DNA of 64,000 bases from Tubulanus polymorphus. Taxonomy: Eukaryota; Animalia; Nemertea. A program made the position numbers and the translations under genes. The stretch is taken from NCBI RefSeq assembly GCF_964204645.1, contig NC_134036.1, positions 8,422,030 through 8,486,029 on the forward strand, given 5' to 3'. Shown piece after piece: positions 1 to 12,307 of the stretch. How positions within the stretch are numbered: the stretch's first letter is position 1; each line of letters starts with the position of its first letter. A model generated the notes under the pieces. That model made no database searches. It worked only from the letters and a program-made list of their open reading frames with translations, and had not been told where the DNA came from.

Positions 1-763
1 ATAATAATTCAATTATTTTAACAAGACTTACAATCTACATCGACTTTTTTAGGTGCGGGAACTGTTATTCTCGACTCGTTAAATTCCGGAAACGACGGAG
101 AAATACCTATAGATAAGATTTCATGTTAATTAATGATAGTCCTGTTGCCAAACGATTGAATAGATCGAGCAGTATGACGACATGACGACGTAACGTACCT
201 GCAGCTGTACTATTAAACTGTCTTTTGAAGGACTGTCAGAATCTTGCATTTGTAAAGGACTAACGCAGTTCTCAAAGCTCACTTTTTTCGAAGATCTCTT
301 CTCTGCAAAGACAAAATGGAGTGTAAGCTAACAAAGCAGCTTGAAATTAAGACAACTTACGTAGAGTTATTAGATGTTAAGTTTATCAATTAGTAAAGTG
401 ATTGAGAAGTTAAGTTTATATGTCTTACCGGAATCTCGTGGTGACATCTTAAAACTGGTCATGGGTTTCTCCTTTCGTGTTGTTTCTAAAACAGAAAAAA
501 AGAAAACTTGCTTTTTTTCTGTACACTTTTTTTCTTATTTGTTTCAGATTGAGAGTCGCCACTATATAAAACTTTCACGGTGTCTTATCAAAGCTTGGAA
601 ACTCTTCTTTTGACGAATGATTAAGTACATTTTCCTCGTCTGCCGCTGCAATGATCGAATTTTGTGAATTAAGGCATATATTCATCTGGTAAAAACTCTC
701 ACTAGATAATTTCAGAAATCATTTACAGAATCTTCGTTTCATACGGAGTTTGGTAAGTTCAAA

Positions 764-1150
764 TTATGAACACTTACATGAGGTTGTTGAAATCATTTTC
801 AAACGATTCTTTTCTATCAAAGGGACGAAATGGTTTGGTATCCACACATTTCCGTGCGACTCTCCAATTCTTGTCCACAATATATTTGGAGGTGATATTT
901 TCCTATGGCATTCACGAGGAACCATTTCGGTATTTAGCAGTCTCACGTGCTGTTCCATCATACCATTCACAGGTGGATATACAGTTCGTATGTAGCGCCC
1001 AATTACTGTCGCCAATGCATGAATTGTTATTTGTGACGAATAGGCGTTATCAGTTGCTGCAGCCCTACATGTTTCCTCTATAGATGGCGATATTAATGCA
1101 TATCCCCTGTTCTTTGCTTCTCGTTCATAGAACTTCGTGTTCCTATGCGA
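764..1150 (-). pseudogene. Vertnin-like (OTU-like) domain fragment, probably transposon-borne
   Basis: The open minus frame reads ...SPSIEETCRAAATDNAYSSQITIHALATVIGRYIRTVYPPVNG...ILWTRIGESHGNVWIPNHFVPL. The ALAxVxxxxIxxVYP and WxPNHFVPL motifs are typical of vertnin-like proteins. It is cut off upstream by the repeat block at ~1160. Confidence 0.6.
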
Positions 1151-1158
1151 GTCACGTC

Positions 1159-1294
1159 GCTAAATATATTAGATCTAGAGCTAAGTATATTAGATCTAGA
1201 GCTCCAGTGAGTTTCCAGTCGGTTCCCAGTCGGCTCCGGTCGGTTTCCAGTCGGTTCCGGTCGGCTCCAGTCGGTTCCAGTCGGCTCCAGTCGG
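1159..1294. repeat. 21-bp tandem pair followed by a ~10-bp tandem array (CCAGTCGGYT), likely a non-autonomous TE end
   Basis: gctaaatatattagatctaga / gctaagtatattagatctaga at 1159-1200, then about 8 copies of ccagtcggtt/ccagtcggct at 1215-1294. Confidence 0.8.
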
Positions 1295-1855
1295 TATTTA
1301 GTAGGGGCGCTCAAACATGTTGATTATGATTAGGCACATATTTCCATATTTGATAACATTCTATCCCAGTTGCTCCAGTAGAACAATATTTCATCTATTA
1401 AGCAAGACAGTCATAGATAAATGAAACTTTTGATGTCAAATTTAATGTATTAACAGTTCACATATAGAATTTTGATGAGATGATACCCGCCATACACGCT
1501 ATCAGTCACTAAAATTCCTTAAAAGCGCATACTAAGCATCAATGTATAAAAAAATTATTGTCATTATATGAGTTTAACGACATCAAAAATCAACAATCGA
1601 ATTTCATTAGCTGAATGTCATACTGTTACCAGGCCACAGAAAGGTTTCAAGTTGTAGGACTACGCGGGGTGGGGGAAATGGGGGAAGGGGAGTATATTCA
1701 ATGATTGGAAGCTTGCGGTTCACAGTAACCATAAACTACGAGATTTATCGGCAGGAGGAAGTCATTTTTTCATGAATTTCCAATTTCCAAACAAAATGTC
1801 CTACTTACAAAAAGATGCGAAGTGAATCAAAGTGGAAAAAATTTGAAATCAGTGG

Positions 1856-2802
1856 CTATTTGATTGAACTTCTACAGCGGATCTTCATACAGAAATATTC
1901 ACGAATTTCTCGTCCCAGCAAAAGATATATGTAGAAATTTACCACATAGTTACACATTAGAAATTGTGTAAAATGCCATATAGAAATTCTTTCTGTTCCG
2001 CAATGATTGGTAAAAATACAACAATAGTGGTTGGAAGTGTAAATAGTGCAAATGCGAGTGAAACTGTTACAAGCATTATTGTTGTACGTTTTGATTTTGT
2101 ATTTTTCTGAACAGACGAAACAATTTTTGAACCTCTGAATAACTGAACTATTATAATAGAATTTGATATTAGAATAAACGATAATGGAAAAACGAAAGCG
2201 TAGACACCAAGTGGAGGAAGCAATTTCAGTTGTACAATTAATGTATAGTAACATCCGAAAAACTGGTCGTCAAAATGTATGGACAAAACAGCGCGAAGTT
2301 GAACCAGCGCACTCACTGTAGTAATTATCAATATAGTAAATCTAGCAAATCTAGGTGAACAAATCAATCGCGATGTGAACGGGAAGAAAACAACCGCCGC
2401 ACGTTCTACAGACACCGCTACCAATAACCATGAACTGCTAGAAGTGGCCACTGCCATCCACATTTCATATATCTTACAACTGATCAGTGAATTCATGATG
2501 AATATAGGATTGGTGTTTAGATTCAATAGAATAAACTGTAAAACAGGCATCAGTGTAAAATTTATGCAGTACAAGAAATCACAGACTGACAAAATGACAA
2601 GATAGTTAGCGTAAGATAAACTGCGGAATTTGCGACTTGTCATTATGAGAAAAGTAGCCGAATTTCCAAAGACTCCAAACAGAAACACGATCGGCAGAAT
2701 GACCAACGACACAGTACGGTAAGTTGCAGACCTGTTCTCCACCGACATTAGAACGATGTAACTGCTATACGTTCGACCTATTTGTACCTTAGTTGAATTC
2801 AT
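1856..2802 (-). pseudogene. Single-exon class A (rhodopsin-like, FMRFamide-receptor-like) GPCR with a frameshift before TM7
   Basis: ORF 1957-2802 has TM1 GVFGN, TM2 LSVCD, TM3 SVERA and TM6 FALFTLP. TM7 (FLMCNYVVNFYIYLLLGREIREYF) continues in a different frame to the stop at 1856. The shift lies near 1965-1975. Confidence 0.8.
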
Positions 2803-3515
2803 GATTCACGAGAATTAACTCTGTTCGGTATGCCCTAGACCTGTTCACTACAGGCATTATAGCAATGTAACTGTTAAACTGCGTCTGAGTTGAATTCATG
2901 ATTCGATTAAGTGTCAGAGGTGTGTGGACTGATTGTATCAATAGACTGACGCTACGTGCCAGCCATGGCGTATATTCATTTACGCACACAATTTATTGTT
3001 CGCATCAAATGAAAAACCAATTCTCAGAAATCTGACTGAAAATATCATTAACCCGTTAGCACTCAATAAACCACCCGAATTTGCCCGGCACTTTTTTCGT
3101 ATGCTGCACGAAAACGGTTATAGTGGGACTCGAGCCCAATAGCTTATGATAAACTAGACACCTAAGTTCTTGAAAAACAGAACAACTGAAGATAATTTAT
3201 TACCTAGACACCTAAGTTCTTGAAATACCGAACGGAAATCAACATCCTCCTCATCAAATCTTACATCATATGAAAACCTTGACTATGTACTAAAAAATAA
3301 CACTAACTTGTTACGTATGGAAATCGAGATCTCGAATAGAACTCTGCTCCCCTGACTGCGGACCTTGATGTAGAAAGAAGCGGCATTCTTTAAAGTCCGA
3401 TTTCCCACTCAACTATTGGCAAGAAGCAGCAGTAATTGGAAAATAGCGTTTTCATATCAGAGTACGAGAGTACGACAAATTACTCATCACCACTAGTAAT
3501 TTTTTTTCCTTATAA

Positions 3516-6445
3516 ATGGGAGACTGTGAGTACCAGACAGAAAAAAATTGATGTTAATAAAAATCAATATTGTTGTCCATATTGAAAAAATACATCGATA
3601 AATCTAATAGATATCATCATGAAAAAAAGCAAATCATAAGAAATTTTTTATAGATTTTGAAACATCAGGAAATTCAAATGAAAGAATAGAACAATTAGAA
3701 AATATGAAAAAGATGAAATTAAATGTAATGTTTGTAATGAATTTATCACAAAAACACCAACAAAATTTAAATAAAAATATTTTAGGAACAGAATATTTTG
3801 ATGATAAACCTCAACAATTAAAAAACCAGCTTCAAAAAGTAAATCTATTTCAAATAAACCTTATACGGAAAATGTTAGAAATTATATCCATTCACTTGAA
3901 ATAAAAGATACAATTGGGATTTTAGAAACATTACGTAGTAAAATTCGTCATGCAGCTATTATATTCAGATTTTTTAAAGGTACAACAATAGAAGATTATA
4001 GCAAACATATTAAAATAATTGAAAAAATAATGGACTATATTACAGATGTTGAATATCCAAAAATTAGTATTTGTGGAAAAGTAAGTTTTATAAAATCAGA
4101 AGAAAAAATGGAGTATAATACTCAAACATATTCTGGAGAAATAATTTCAAAAGCACAAATAAAAGAGAAATTAGAAAAAATATTTAATGAATTTAAACGT
4201 CATGTTGAAGAAAGATATTTTGAGGGTTTACCATTGAATGAAAGTATATTTTTAGATTTAAATATTTATAATACAAAAAGGAATGAAGCATCAAAAGTAA
4301 TACAATGTTTAAAATGATTCAAAATTTTTAACAGAAAAGGATATTAAAGCATCATCTTATATTAAATTACCATTTACAACAAAAGCAGTAATAAATCTTA
4401 AAAATTAAGATAATAAATGTTTTCTATGGTCAATTATTAGTTGTTTACACCCAACAGAAGATATTACGCATAGTTTTAGAATAACTGATTATCGGAAATA
4501 TGAAACATTATATAAAGTTGATCAATATCCAGTAACTATAGAAATGATTCCTATAATAGATAAAGTTAATAATCTAAAAATAAATGTATTCGAGTTAATG
4601 CAATTACCAGAGACAAAAGGTGAAAATATTAAAGATTATACATTAGAAGCTTTATATTTAACGGAATATTATGATGATGAAAATTTTATAGATTTATTAT
4701 ATTACAAAAAAGATTAAAATGAACATTATATGTGGTTAAAACAAATTGATTTATTCTTTAAAACAGAAAGTAATTTCAACGGTCATCATAAAATTTATCT
4801 ATGTAGAAAATGTTTGTCTTAATCTATGACGGAGAATGCATCATTAAAACATAAAGAATTATGTGAAAATAAAGATTTTTGTAAATTAATAATGCCAACA
4901 GAAAAAGATTATAAGTTGAAATTTACTAATCATAAATTTAAAAATATACTTCCATAGTACAGTAACTTATGGGGATTTTGAATCGTTAAATAAAGAATTA
5001 ACTGTTCAAAAAAGAAAATAGAAAAGAAATATTCAACAAAAAGCAAATTTTAAAATAAATGGATAATAGAAATGAATTAAACAAAGATACAATTAAAGAC
5101 CCCCCTCCCCCAATTATAAATACATTTTAAAAAGTTCATCAAAGAGCTGCTGCTTATGGAATTTATATAAAATCAAATTATCCTGAATCAAAAAACCAGC
5201 TTCAAAAAGTAAATCTATTTCAAATAAACCTTATACGGAAAATGTTAGAAATTATATCCATTCACTAGAAATAAAAGATACAATTGGAATTTTAGAAACA
5301 TTAAAAAACAGTAAAATTCGTCATGCAGCTATTATTTTCAGATTTTTTAAAGGTACAACAATGGAAGATTATAGCAAACATATTAAAATAATTGAATGAT
5401 TATGGACTTTATTACAGATGTTGAATATCCAAAAATTAGTATTTTTGCAAAAGTAAGTTTTATAAAATCAGAAGAAAAATTGGAGTATAATACTTCCATA
5501 CTTCCATAGTACAGTAAATTATGGGGATTTTGAATCGTTAAATAAGAATAAACTGTTCAAAAAAAGAAAATAGAAAAGAAATATACAACAAAAAGCAAAT
5601 TTTAAAATAAATGGATAAAGGAAATGAATTAAACAAAGATACAATTCAAGACCCCCCCCCTCCCCCAATTATAAATACAATTTAAAAAGTTCATCAAAGA
5701 GCTGCTGCTTATGGAATTTATATAAAATCAAATTATCCTGAATGAAAGTCAATACATTTCTTTTAGAGGGGAAGATGTAGTAAACGATTTTTGTAGTAAA
5801 ATAATTGAGCTAGAAAGAGATTTTGCACAATTAATAAATACAAATAAAAAAATATTTATGACTTAAGAAGATGAAGTTGATTTTAATTATGCAACTCATT
5901 GTCGTTATTGTGAAAAACGTTTTCATTCATTTGATAAAAAAGGTAAAGATCATGATCATTTGAATTCAAAATATCGTGGAGCTGCTCATGGAGATTGTTA
6001 TTTGCAAGCAAAAAGAGCTAATTTCGTAACAATATTATTTCATAATGTATTAGGCTATGATACCCATCTATTTATAAAACAATTATCACGGAAATTAGGC
6101 GCAATTAATCAAGAAATAGAATAATATAATGCTATAAGTGATGCAAATGTTAGAAAAATATGATTTTAATCTATAAGACATCTGAAAATTACATTTCATT
6201 TCATTTTGGTTGTTTGAGATTTTTAGATTCTTATAGATTTTAAGCAAGTTCATTAGATAATTTAGCAAACAGTTTAGTTGATAATGATTTTATAATTACT
6301 TAACATTATTATCCAAATGAACAAGATTTTAAATTATTGATATAAAGGTGCAATTCCTTATTTATTTTATAAAACAAACGGTGATTTTAATGTAACAGAA
6401 TTATTAAAAGAAACATTTTACGATCAATTAAAAATGATAAAATTG
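3516..6445 (+). mobile_element. Degraded Polinton/Maverick/adintovirus-like protein-primed DNA polymerase B gene (N-terminal and exonuclease part)
   Basis: Very AT-rich. Broken frames retain YIKLPF..AVINLKN*DNKCFLWSII (~4360-4440), KDHDHLNSKYRGAAH (~5945-5990), FHNVLGYDTHLFIKQL (~6038-6085), LRFLDSYRF..SSLDNLANSL (~6213-6275) and KGAIPY (~6344). Many stops and frameshifts; the polymerase core motifs are absent. Confidence 0.8.
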
Positions 6446-6479
6446 CGCAGAATAAAATGTTTAGAGATCAAAAAATTTT

Positions 6480-7231
6480 ACTTTAGAAGATTTATTATCT
6501 AAAGCAAATGAATTAAAACAATCAAAATCTGATTAAGATCATCAAGTAATTGATGAAACTGAATATAGATCGAAAGAATTACGTTTAGAAAAAGAAATTG
6601 ATGATTTAAAATATAATTTATAATTACAGGAAGAAGAAAAAGATTTATTATTAAAATCATATGATTATAATATCAATAGATTAAAAGTTATTTTTAAAGA
6701 TTTGTTAATAAAACCAAATTCTGAAATATCTTTAAAAGAAAAAATAAAATTATCTGAATTAGAAGGTATCACAATTCTTTCAATTCTAACAGCTGTAACT
6801 GATATTTACAGCAATAGGTTTAGCTATATCAAATTCATTAAAATCTACACCGAACCCTAATAAACCGGATAGACCTCCAAGTTATAATTCTACACAAGAT
6901 GAAGTTAAAGATGGTTTTAAAAATTAGCAAAATATGTATGGGAACTATCTAAAATCTGCTGCAGCATTACCCGGAATTATTGCAACAATTGTTAGTTTTG
7001 TTTTAAAGTCTGCAGAAAATATTATTAGCTTTGCTGCTGAACATATAATATTGTTTTTAATAACAGTTGTTAGCGCAAATATTTTGGATTCGTGAATATG
7101 ATAAAAAATAAATAAGTAATTTTATTTCTTAATAAATGGCTAGTGGAAGTTATAAAAATCCTTCTAAGAATTCTAGAATATCTAATGCAATTAAAGCAGA
7201 AAGATCTCATCATATAATTATGTTTATGTAA
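6480..7231 (+). mobile_element. Further Polinton-like virus gene remnants: coiled-coil plus C-terminal membrane protein, then the start of a probable capsid gene
   Basis: Broken frames read SLKEKIKLSELEGITILSILTAV... and AALPGIIATIVSFVLKSAENIISFAAEHIILFLITVV. An ATG at 7136 gives MASGSYKNPSKNSRISNAIKAERSHHII. Composition matches the adjacent PolB. The family assignment is from recalled similarity and is unverified. Confidence 0.5.
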
Positions 7232-9539
7232 TTTAAGGTGAGAATCCGTTAACCAGGGAATGTTTTACATGATTTCTTGAGTACATAAGGAAGCAAATGA
7301 GTACTCGGTGAAGCAATGATAATTGTTGGTTACCCGGTATTTACGGTCTTCATGCCTAAATTTAGCTAGCTTTTTTTTGGGGGGGGGGGGGGTTACGCCT
7401 ATAATAGATTAAAGCCCTAAATGTAGTGTGTAGAGCCAGTGGAAAGCCAAAGTAGTTGTTAGTAAGGGGCAGGTTTACACGTACGCCAATTTTTGGAATA
7501 CTTTCATTCTAGCTATTATTCGTGGAATGAACTAGTCACTATGATCTTCAATTCCTTTGGCTTTGTAGATTCTTGCAGCTGGTGGAAATAAATTTAAACT
7601 ACAGTATGCAAGTGTACGATTCAGGTCAAACTTTTTGTCATCGTCGTAACTTAGGCGCAACAGTCTCATATGCTGTAACTACTTGACGTTTCACGTAATT
7701 TGTTTTATTTCTAGTGCGATGTACATGCAGAATTGAATTCATTGTTATTATGGGATGATAATTCATGGGCGTCGAGAGTCATGCGACTTACCCTTGATAT
7801 GAAGCTTTTTGAGGTTTATCAGACTTGTTTTGGAGTAAACTGAATAGCCCTTAAAATACCAATTCCACATGGCTTAATGGTGTCTATGCTCTGCGATACA
7901 GTAGTTATAGATTTTTCACGACAAACGCACGATTTAATTTGGTATTCTAAGATTTCTATCATACTTTCTTTCGCTCCTCTATGATATTAATTATTATGAG
8001 TAATTATTACATTTAATTGCTTAATCATAGGCAGGAAGAGGTTAGATGGCATGGAAATCGACTGTGGCTGGCTAATTGGCGCGCGTAGATAAAGCGTTGA
8101 GGTTTCAAAAGGTGTCACCAAAATGCTTGTATCATCAGGGGTAGACAAATTATCTGAAGATAAATGAAAATTCCACCTTGTTGATCGTCAGTTGATTTTG
8201 CTCCAATTATTTCGTCTGGATAAATCGACACATAATTCATTTCAAAATCTGTGTTCAGTAGAATTTCATACAATAGAATAAGAATCTATTTGACTAATTT
8301 TTTACTAATGTATTCAGGAGTGAATTTTAATTGATCTAAAAACCAGAGAAAGCATTCTTCAAAAATTTAGAAAATCCTTGACTCATAATCAAATTCTGTG
8401 AAGTCAGTTAAGCTCGAATCAAGGTCTTTTACTCGAATCAAGCCGAGGGCTCTTGTGGCTAAAATTCAATTCCTCATTGTCCTATAATGCCGAGTACGAC
8501 CGAGTTTACACACTGAAAAATGTTGGGCTGTGTAAGGGTAATTTGCAAAGTCAGCAATATCACGACCGCCCTTCCCGCTGCAACTGAGACGTAAACAAGT
8601 TAGACTGTATTGCTTCGATGCTTTGATAAACAGACTCCTAAGCAAGATGACCTGCCATACTAAATCTATTGTTTATTAAAATACTTCAATTTCAAAATTA
8701 GGATAGGAAAAAGTGAACAATTAGTGTGTTCGCATGAATTCTCCCGGAAATTTTTCTTTTTCTCGGCACAACCTGCCTCGTCATGAGACTTTTTCAAGTT
8801 GATGCAACTGCCACCAGGGGACCATATCTTCGAAATCCCCAAAGCCGACTTTGGCTAGACTTGTTACATCAGTACTTTTTACGTGGTAGCCCTTATGGAT
8901 CCACATAGTCAGCATAATGTTGACCCCGTGGCGCGTCTTGGAAATAGTCATATGTTATGGATGGATTAGAAATATTGCGCGCGTCATATGAACCAGTTAG
9001 GCAGAAACGCGTTATCGCTGCTACACAGCTGTTGTTGATTGTATTTTTTCTCGACAACAATATGCAGCACATTTGTGTACTCAGATGACTATACAGTCTT
9101 ACGCTAAGAACCCGTCGTATGTTTATATACCCCACAATGAACAGGTATCCCGTAACAGTGAGTTGATACTTACGTTTTGCCGTCCATTGATATCGGTTCA
9201 CACGTTTAATCGACTCGTATCTCTATACGGCAATGCAGCCAGTGCATTCGGCTTCAGAAATATTCAGTTCAATCACTCAATGTTTAGTAAATGTATTGTC
9301 GAGTTCATCTCGTGATTGAAGTCTTTGAGTGCAACAGGTGCACTAAACTATAGATCTCTGGTGTGTTTATGCTACGAGCAATTATCTCAGGTTGAGATTA
9401 TAGCTCGTAGGTTACAAAACGACAGTGCTTTTATAACGTTGAATCGTGAAAAGTAAGCAAGACTGGTCTTTAGCAAAATGCTGTGGAATGGAAAAAATAT
9501 AATAGTCGATATTGAAATGGGGTTTTCTAGTAAATGTTA

Positions 9540-10833
9540 GAAAACAAGGACCGTATATCTTAAACCGCGCGTGTAAGAAACCGCAATATTTATTAATTGT
9601 AAAATATCTAAGTAAATATCTAAAGCTATATTTCCAATTTTCACAGAGGTTAAAAAGGGTTATTTGCAGTTTAAGCCTGCGTTGCATTTTTTTAAATATC
9701 TTTCCTGACGACTGATCTGTACCCGCTTGAGTTTGAGATTACGCGCAAAAGGGGTCTCCCACTGCGCACCGCCATTTCACTGAACATTGAGATTTGTGAA
9801 AAGAAATCGCAAAAATAAGATTTTATACTGGTTTGTAATTATCAATATTGCTTCTGATGGTTATATATTACCTTTATTTTCGTATGGTTGAAAATGGACT
9901 TTAAGTGCTTTGATGAATTCGAGTTTTGTAGCGTTGGGAAATTAAAGGATTTCTTGTAAGAGTGGGGACTTTCTGTGTTGGTTGCAAATGTGGCCTAGTT
10001 GAGAACCTAATTTGCGTTTCAACCGAATGTACCACTCATGGTTGGACACTAAAAAAAATCTAAGTTTTTATATATTTTTGAATATGCGGCGCAGCTGAAA
10101 GTTGCCAAACATGATGTTGACCCCCTAAAACAGAATATCAAATGGGGGACAGATATGGACCCCTCTAAATATTATATTGGAATTTTATATCAGTAAGGTT
10201 TTCTGGTCGATGTTTTCCAGCAAGAAGGTTGTGATTCGTTAAATAAATTCATCGTATGATCCCAGAATGAGGGATTATGGGAGAGAGATATGTGTTAAAT
10301 ATGTCCTAAGCGTTTAAATTGATTGGCGCATTTCACCATCGACTCTAAAACGTTTGATTTCACCGAACACAAAATCGGCGCTAGGCTGGACGGGCTGTAT
10401 ACGACAATTCCTCAACTGGGCCGTTCACACTTCAATAGCGGGACAAACCGGATCCCGAAACCAGATTTAACGAATTGCCCCCGCCAAAATACGGTACAAA
10501 CAAGATATGGATTATCATCTCAAAATATCCCCATGGAAAATGTGAAAAAATCAAATTGCATTTAAAAATTTCTTCTCGCAAATCTAAATGTTCAGTGAAA
10601 TTGCAATGCGCAGTGGGAGACCCCTTTTGCGCGTAATCTCAAACTCAAGCGGGTACAGATCAGTCGTCAGGTAAGATATTTAAAAGATTTTAACGCAGGC
10701 TTGAACTGCAAATAACCCTCTTTAACCTCAGTGAAAAAAGGAAATATAGCTTGAAGAGATACTTAGATATTTTGAAATTTATAAATATTGCGATTTCTTT
10801 TACGCACGGTTGAGATATGCGGTCCTTGGTTTC
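9540..10833. mobile_element. Foldback/MITE-like non-autonomous DNA element with ~270-bp imperfect terminal inverted repeats
   Basis: 9540-9808 is the reverse complement of 10566-10833 (core ctgacgactgatctgtacccgcttgagtttgagattacgcgcaaaaggggtctcccactgcgca). No coding capacity is evident inside. Confidence 0.75.
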
Positions 10834-11036
10834 ACATCGTCACTGTTCTCAATTGTTGAGTTCAAAAATTCCAAGAATCGCCAGCAAATATCTGCATTTA
10901 ATTTCCTTTAAAATGGTGTATGAATTGATTTCGTCGAGCAAGGGGCTGCAGAACTATATGATATTCAATCTAAACTTATGTTTTAAAAATGAGCGCAAAT
11001 TATCACAACAATGGGGACCTCGCGGGACCGCCACAT

Positions 11037-11150
11037 AATGGCGCCTAGAAACTGGAAACTTCTTTATTCTCGCGCGAGAACACCAGCAGTTTTGAATTCT
11101 CGCGCGAGAAAACCAAACTTTTTGAATTCTCGCGCTAGAAAAACCAAAAA
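11037..11150. repeat. 30-bp-period tandem repeat with palindromic core TTCTCGCGCGAGAA
   Basis: Cores at 11067, 11097 and 11127, plus a degenerate copy at 11037. Confidence 0.8.
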
Positions 11151-12307
11151 AGGGCAACTGTGAAAATTTTTTTATCGTTGCTCTAGCCGTACAGAAAATT
11201 TCTTTAGTATGGTCCGAATTAGCCACCATAATGATGTGATTTAGTCAATCGGGAAGCAGCGTTGATAAACAGTCATTGTAGCAATCCTGAGGTATTGACC
11301 TTTAACTTTTTTAGTTTGTCAGACAGCCAGACATCTATCATGCAAGTGCAATACGGGTAATTCATCTATATCACAAGGAAATTGTAGGGGGCATTGATTG
11401 TTGGAAATGGTGAATTGATGATGTTCGGCAATCGCACCAGTACGTTTTAGGATCACTTTTTTCAGTAAGTTATTCTATCCTGATATCAACGCAGAGATCT
11501 TACTATTTTATCAAACATTTGCACCATTCCTAGCTCACGTCTGACCAGGTGCGCGCGTTAATACTCTCACCACAGTTTGATAAGTTCTCTTAACGATCGG
11601 GATAAATATCGATTATTACTATGTTATTACAATGTTTAATGACAAATCACTAGCAATCATGACCACATTTTATAGTAAGCGTTTACAAAAAGACATGCGG
11701 GGTCATGGAGTGCGTTTGTTAACTAGTGTTAGGGTAAAAACGGATTCATAATGTTGAGTCACTTTTTATTACAATCTACACGTGCCAGCTGGAAACCTAT
11801 GAACGCAGGCTTAATCAACCGTAACGTTTATCCAAAACAAAGAGATTAATCCAGTTATCGGAAGTGATAAAAAATAGATAGTACAAATGGGAGCGGCTCA
11901 ATACTTATTTCATTTAGGATAACCTGATATAATACGTGTAATTGAATACATTTGCTATAGAATAGTGTGATGAAAGCATAGATTAAAGTGAGAAATTGAA
12001 GACAGGCGAACTAAGGGGTTTACAATAGTATATACAAGTCGAATGAGTACAAAACGAGTGACATTTTTACACACAATCCTATTAGGTCTACAAAATACAC
12101 TTATTATTGTACTCATTCAAATGAGTTCAATATTTCTATTGTGAATTTATATCTACTTCCCACCGTCGCAAGTTTTCAGCTGCAAATAATAAATCCTTTT
12201 GAAAGCTATTTACTCCATTGTTTTGCCACTACGTGATTGCTATTATGTCGCTGGTTTTGTCTATTTAAACGCGATTTATTCGATTATATTTCAAACGAAT
12301 GCGCAGC

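Noticed and set aside
1215-1294. CRISPR-like appearance of the short repeat arrays (also 11037-11150, 28919-29098)
   Set aside because: No unique spacers, eukaryotic context, no cas genes
8640-9330. Faint ankyrin/SOCS-like remnants (similarly 55560-55900)
   Set aside because: Too degenerate to support by eye
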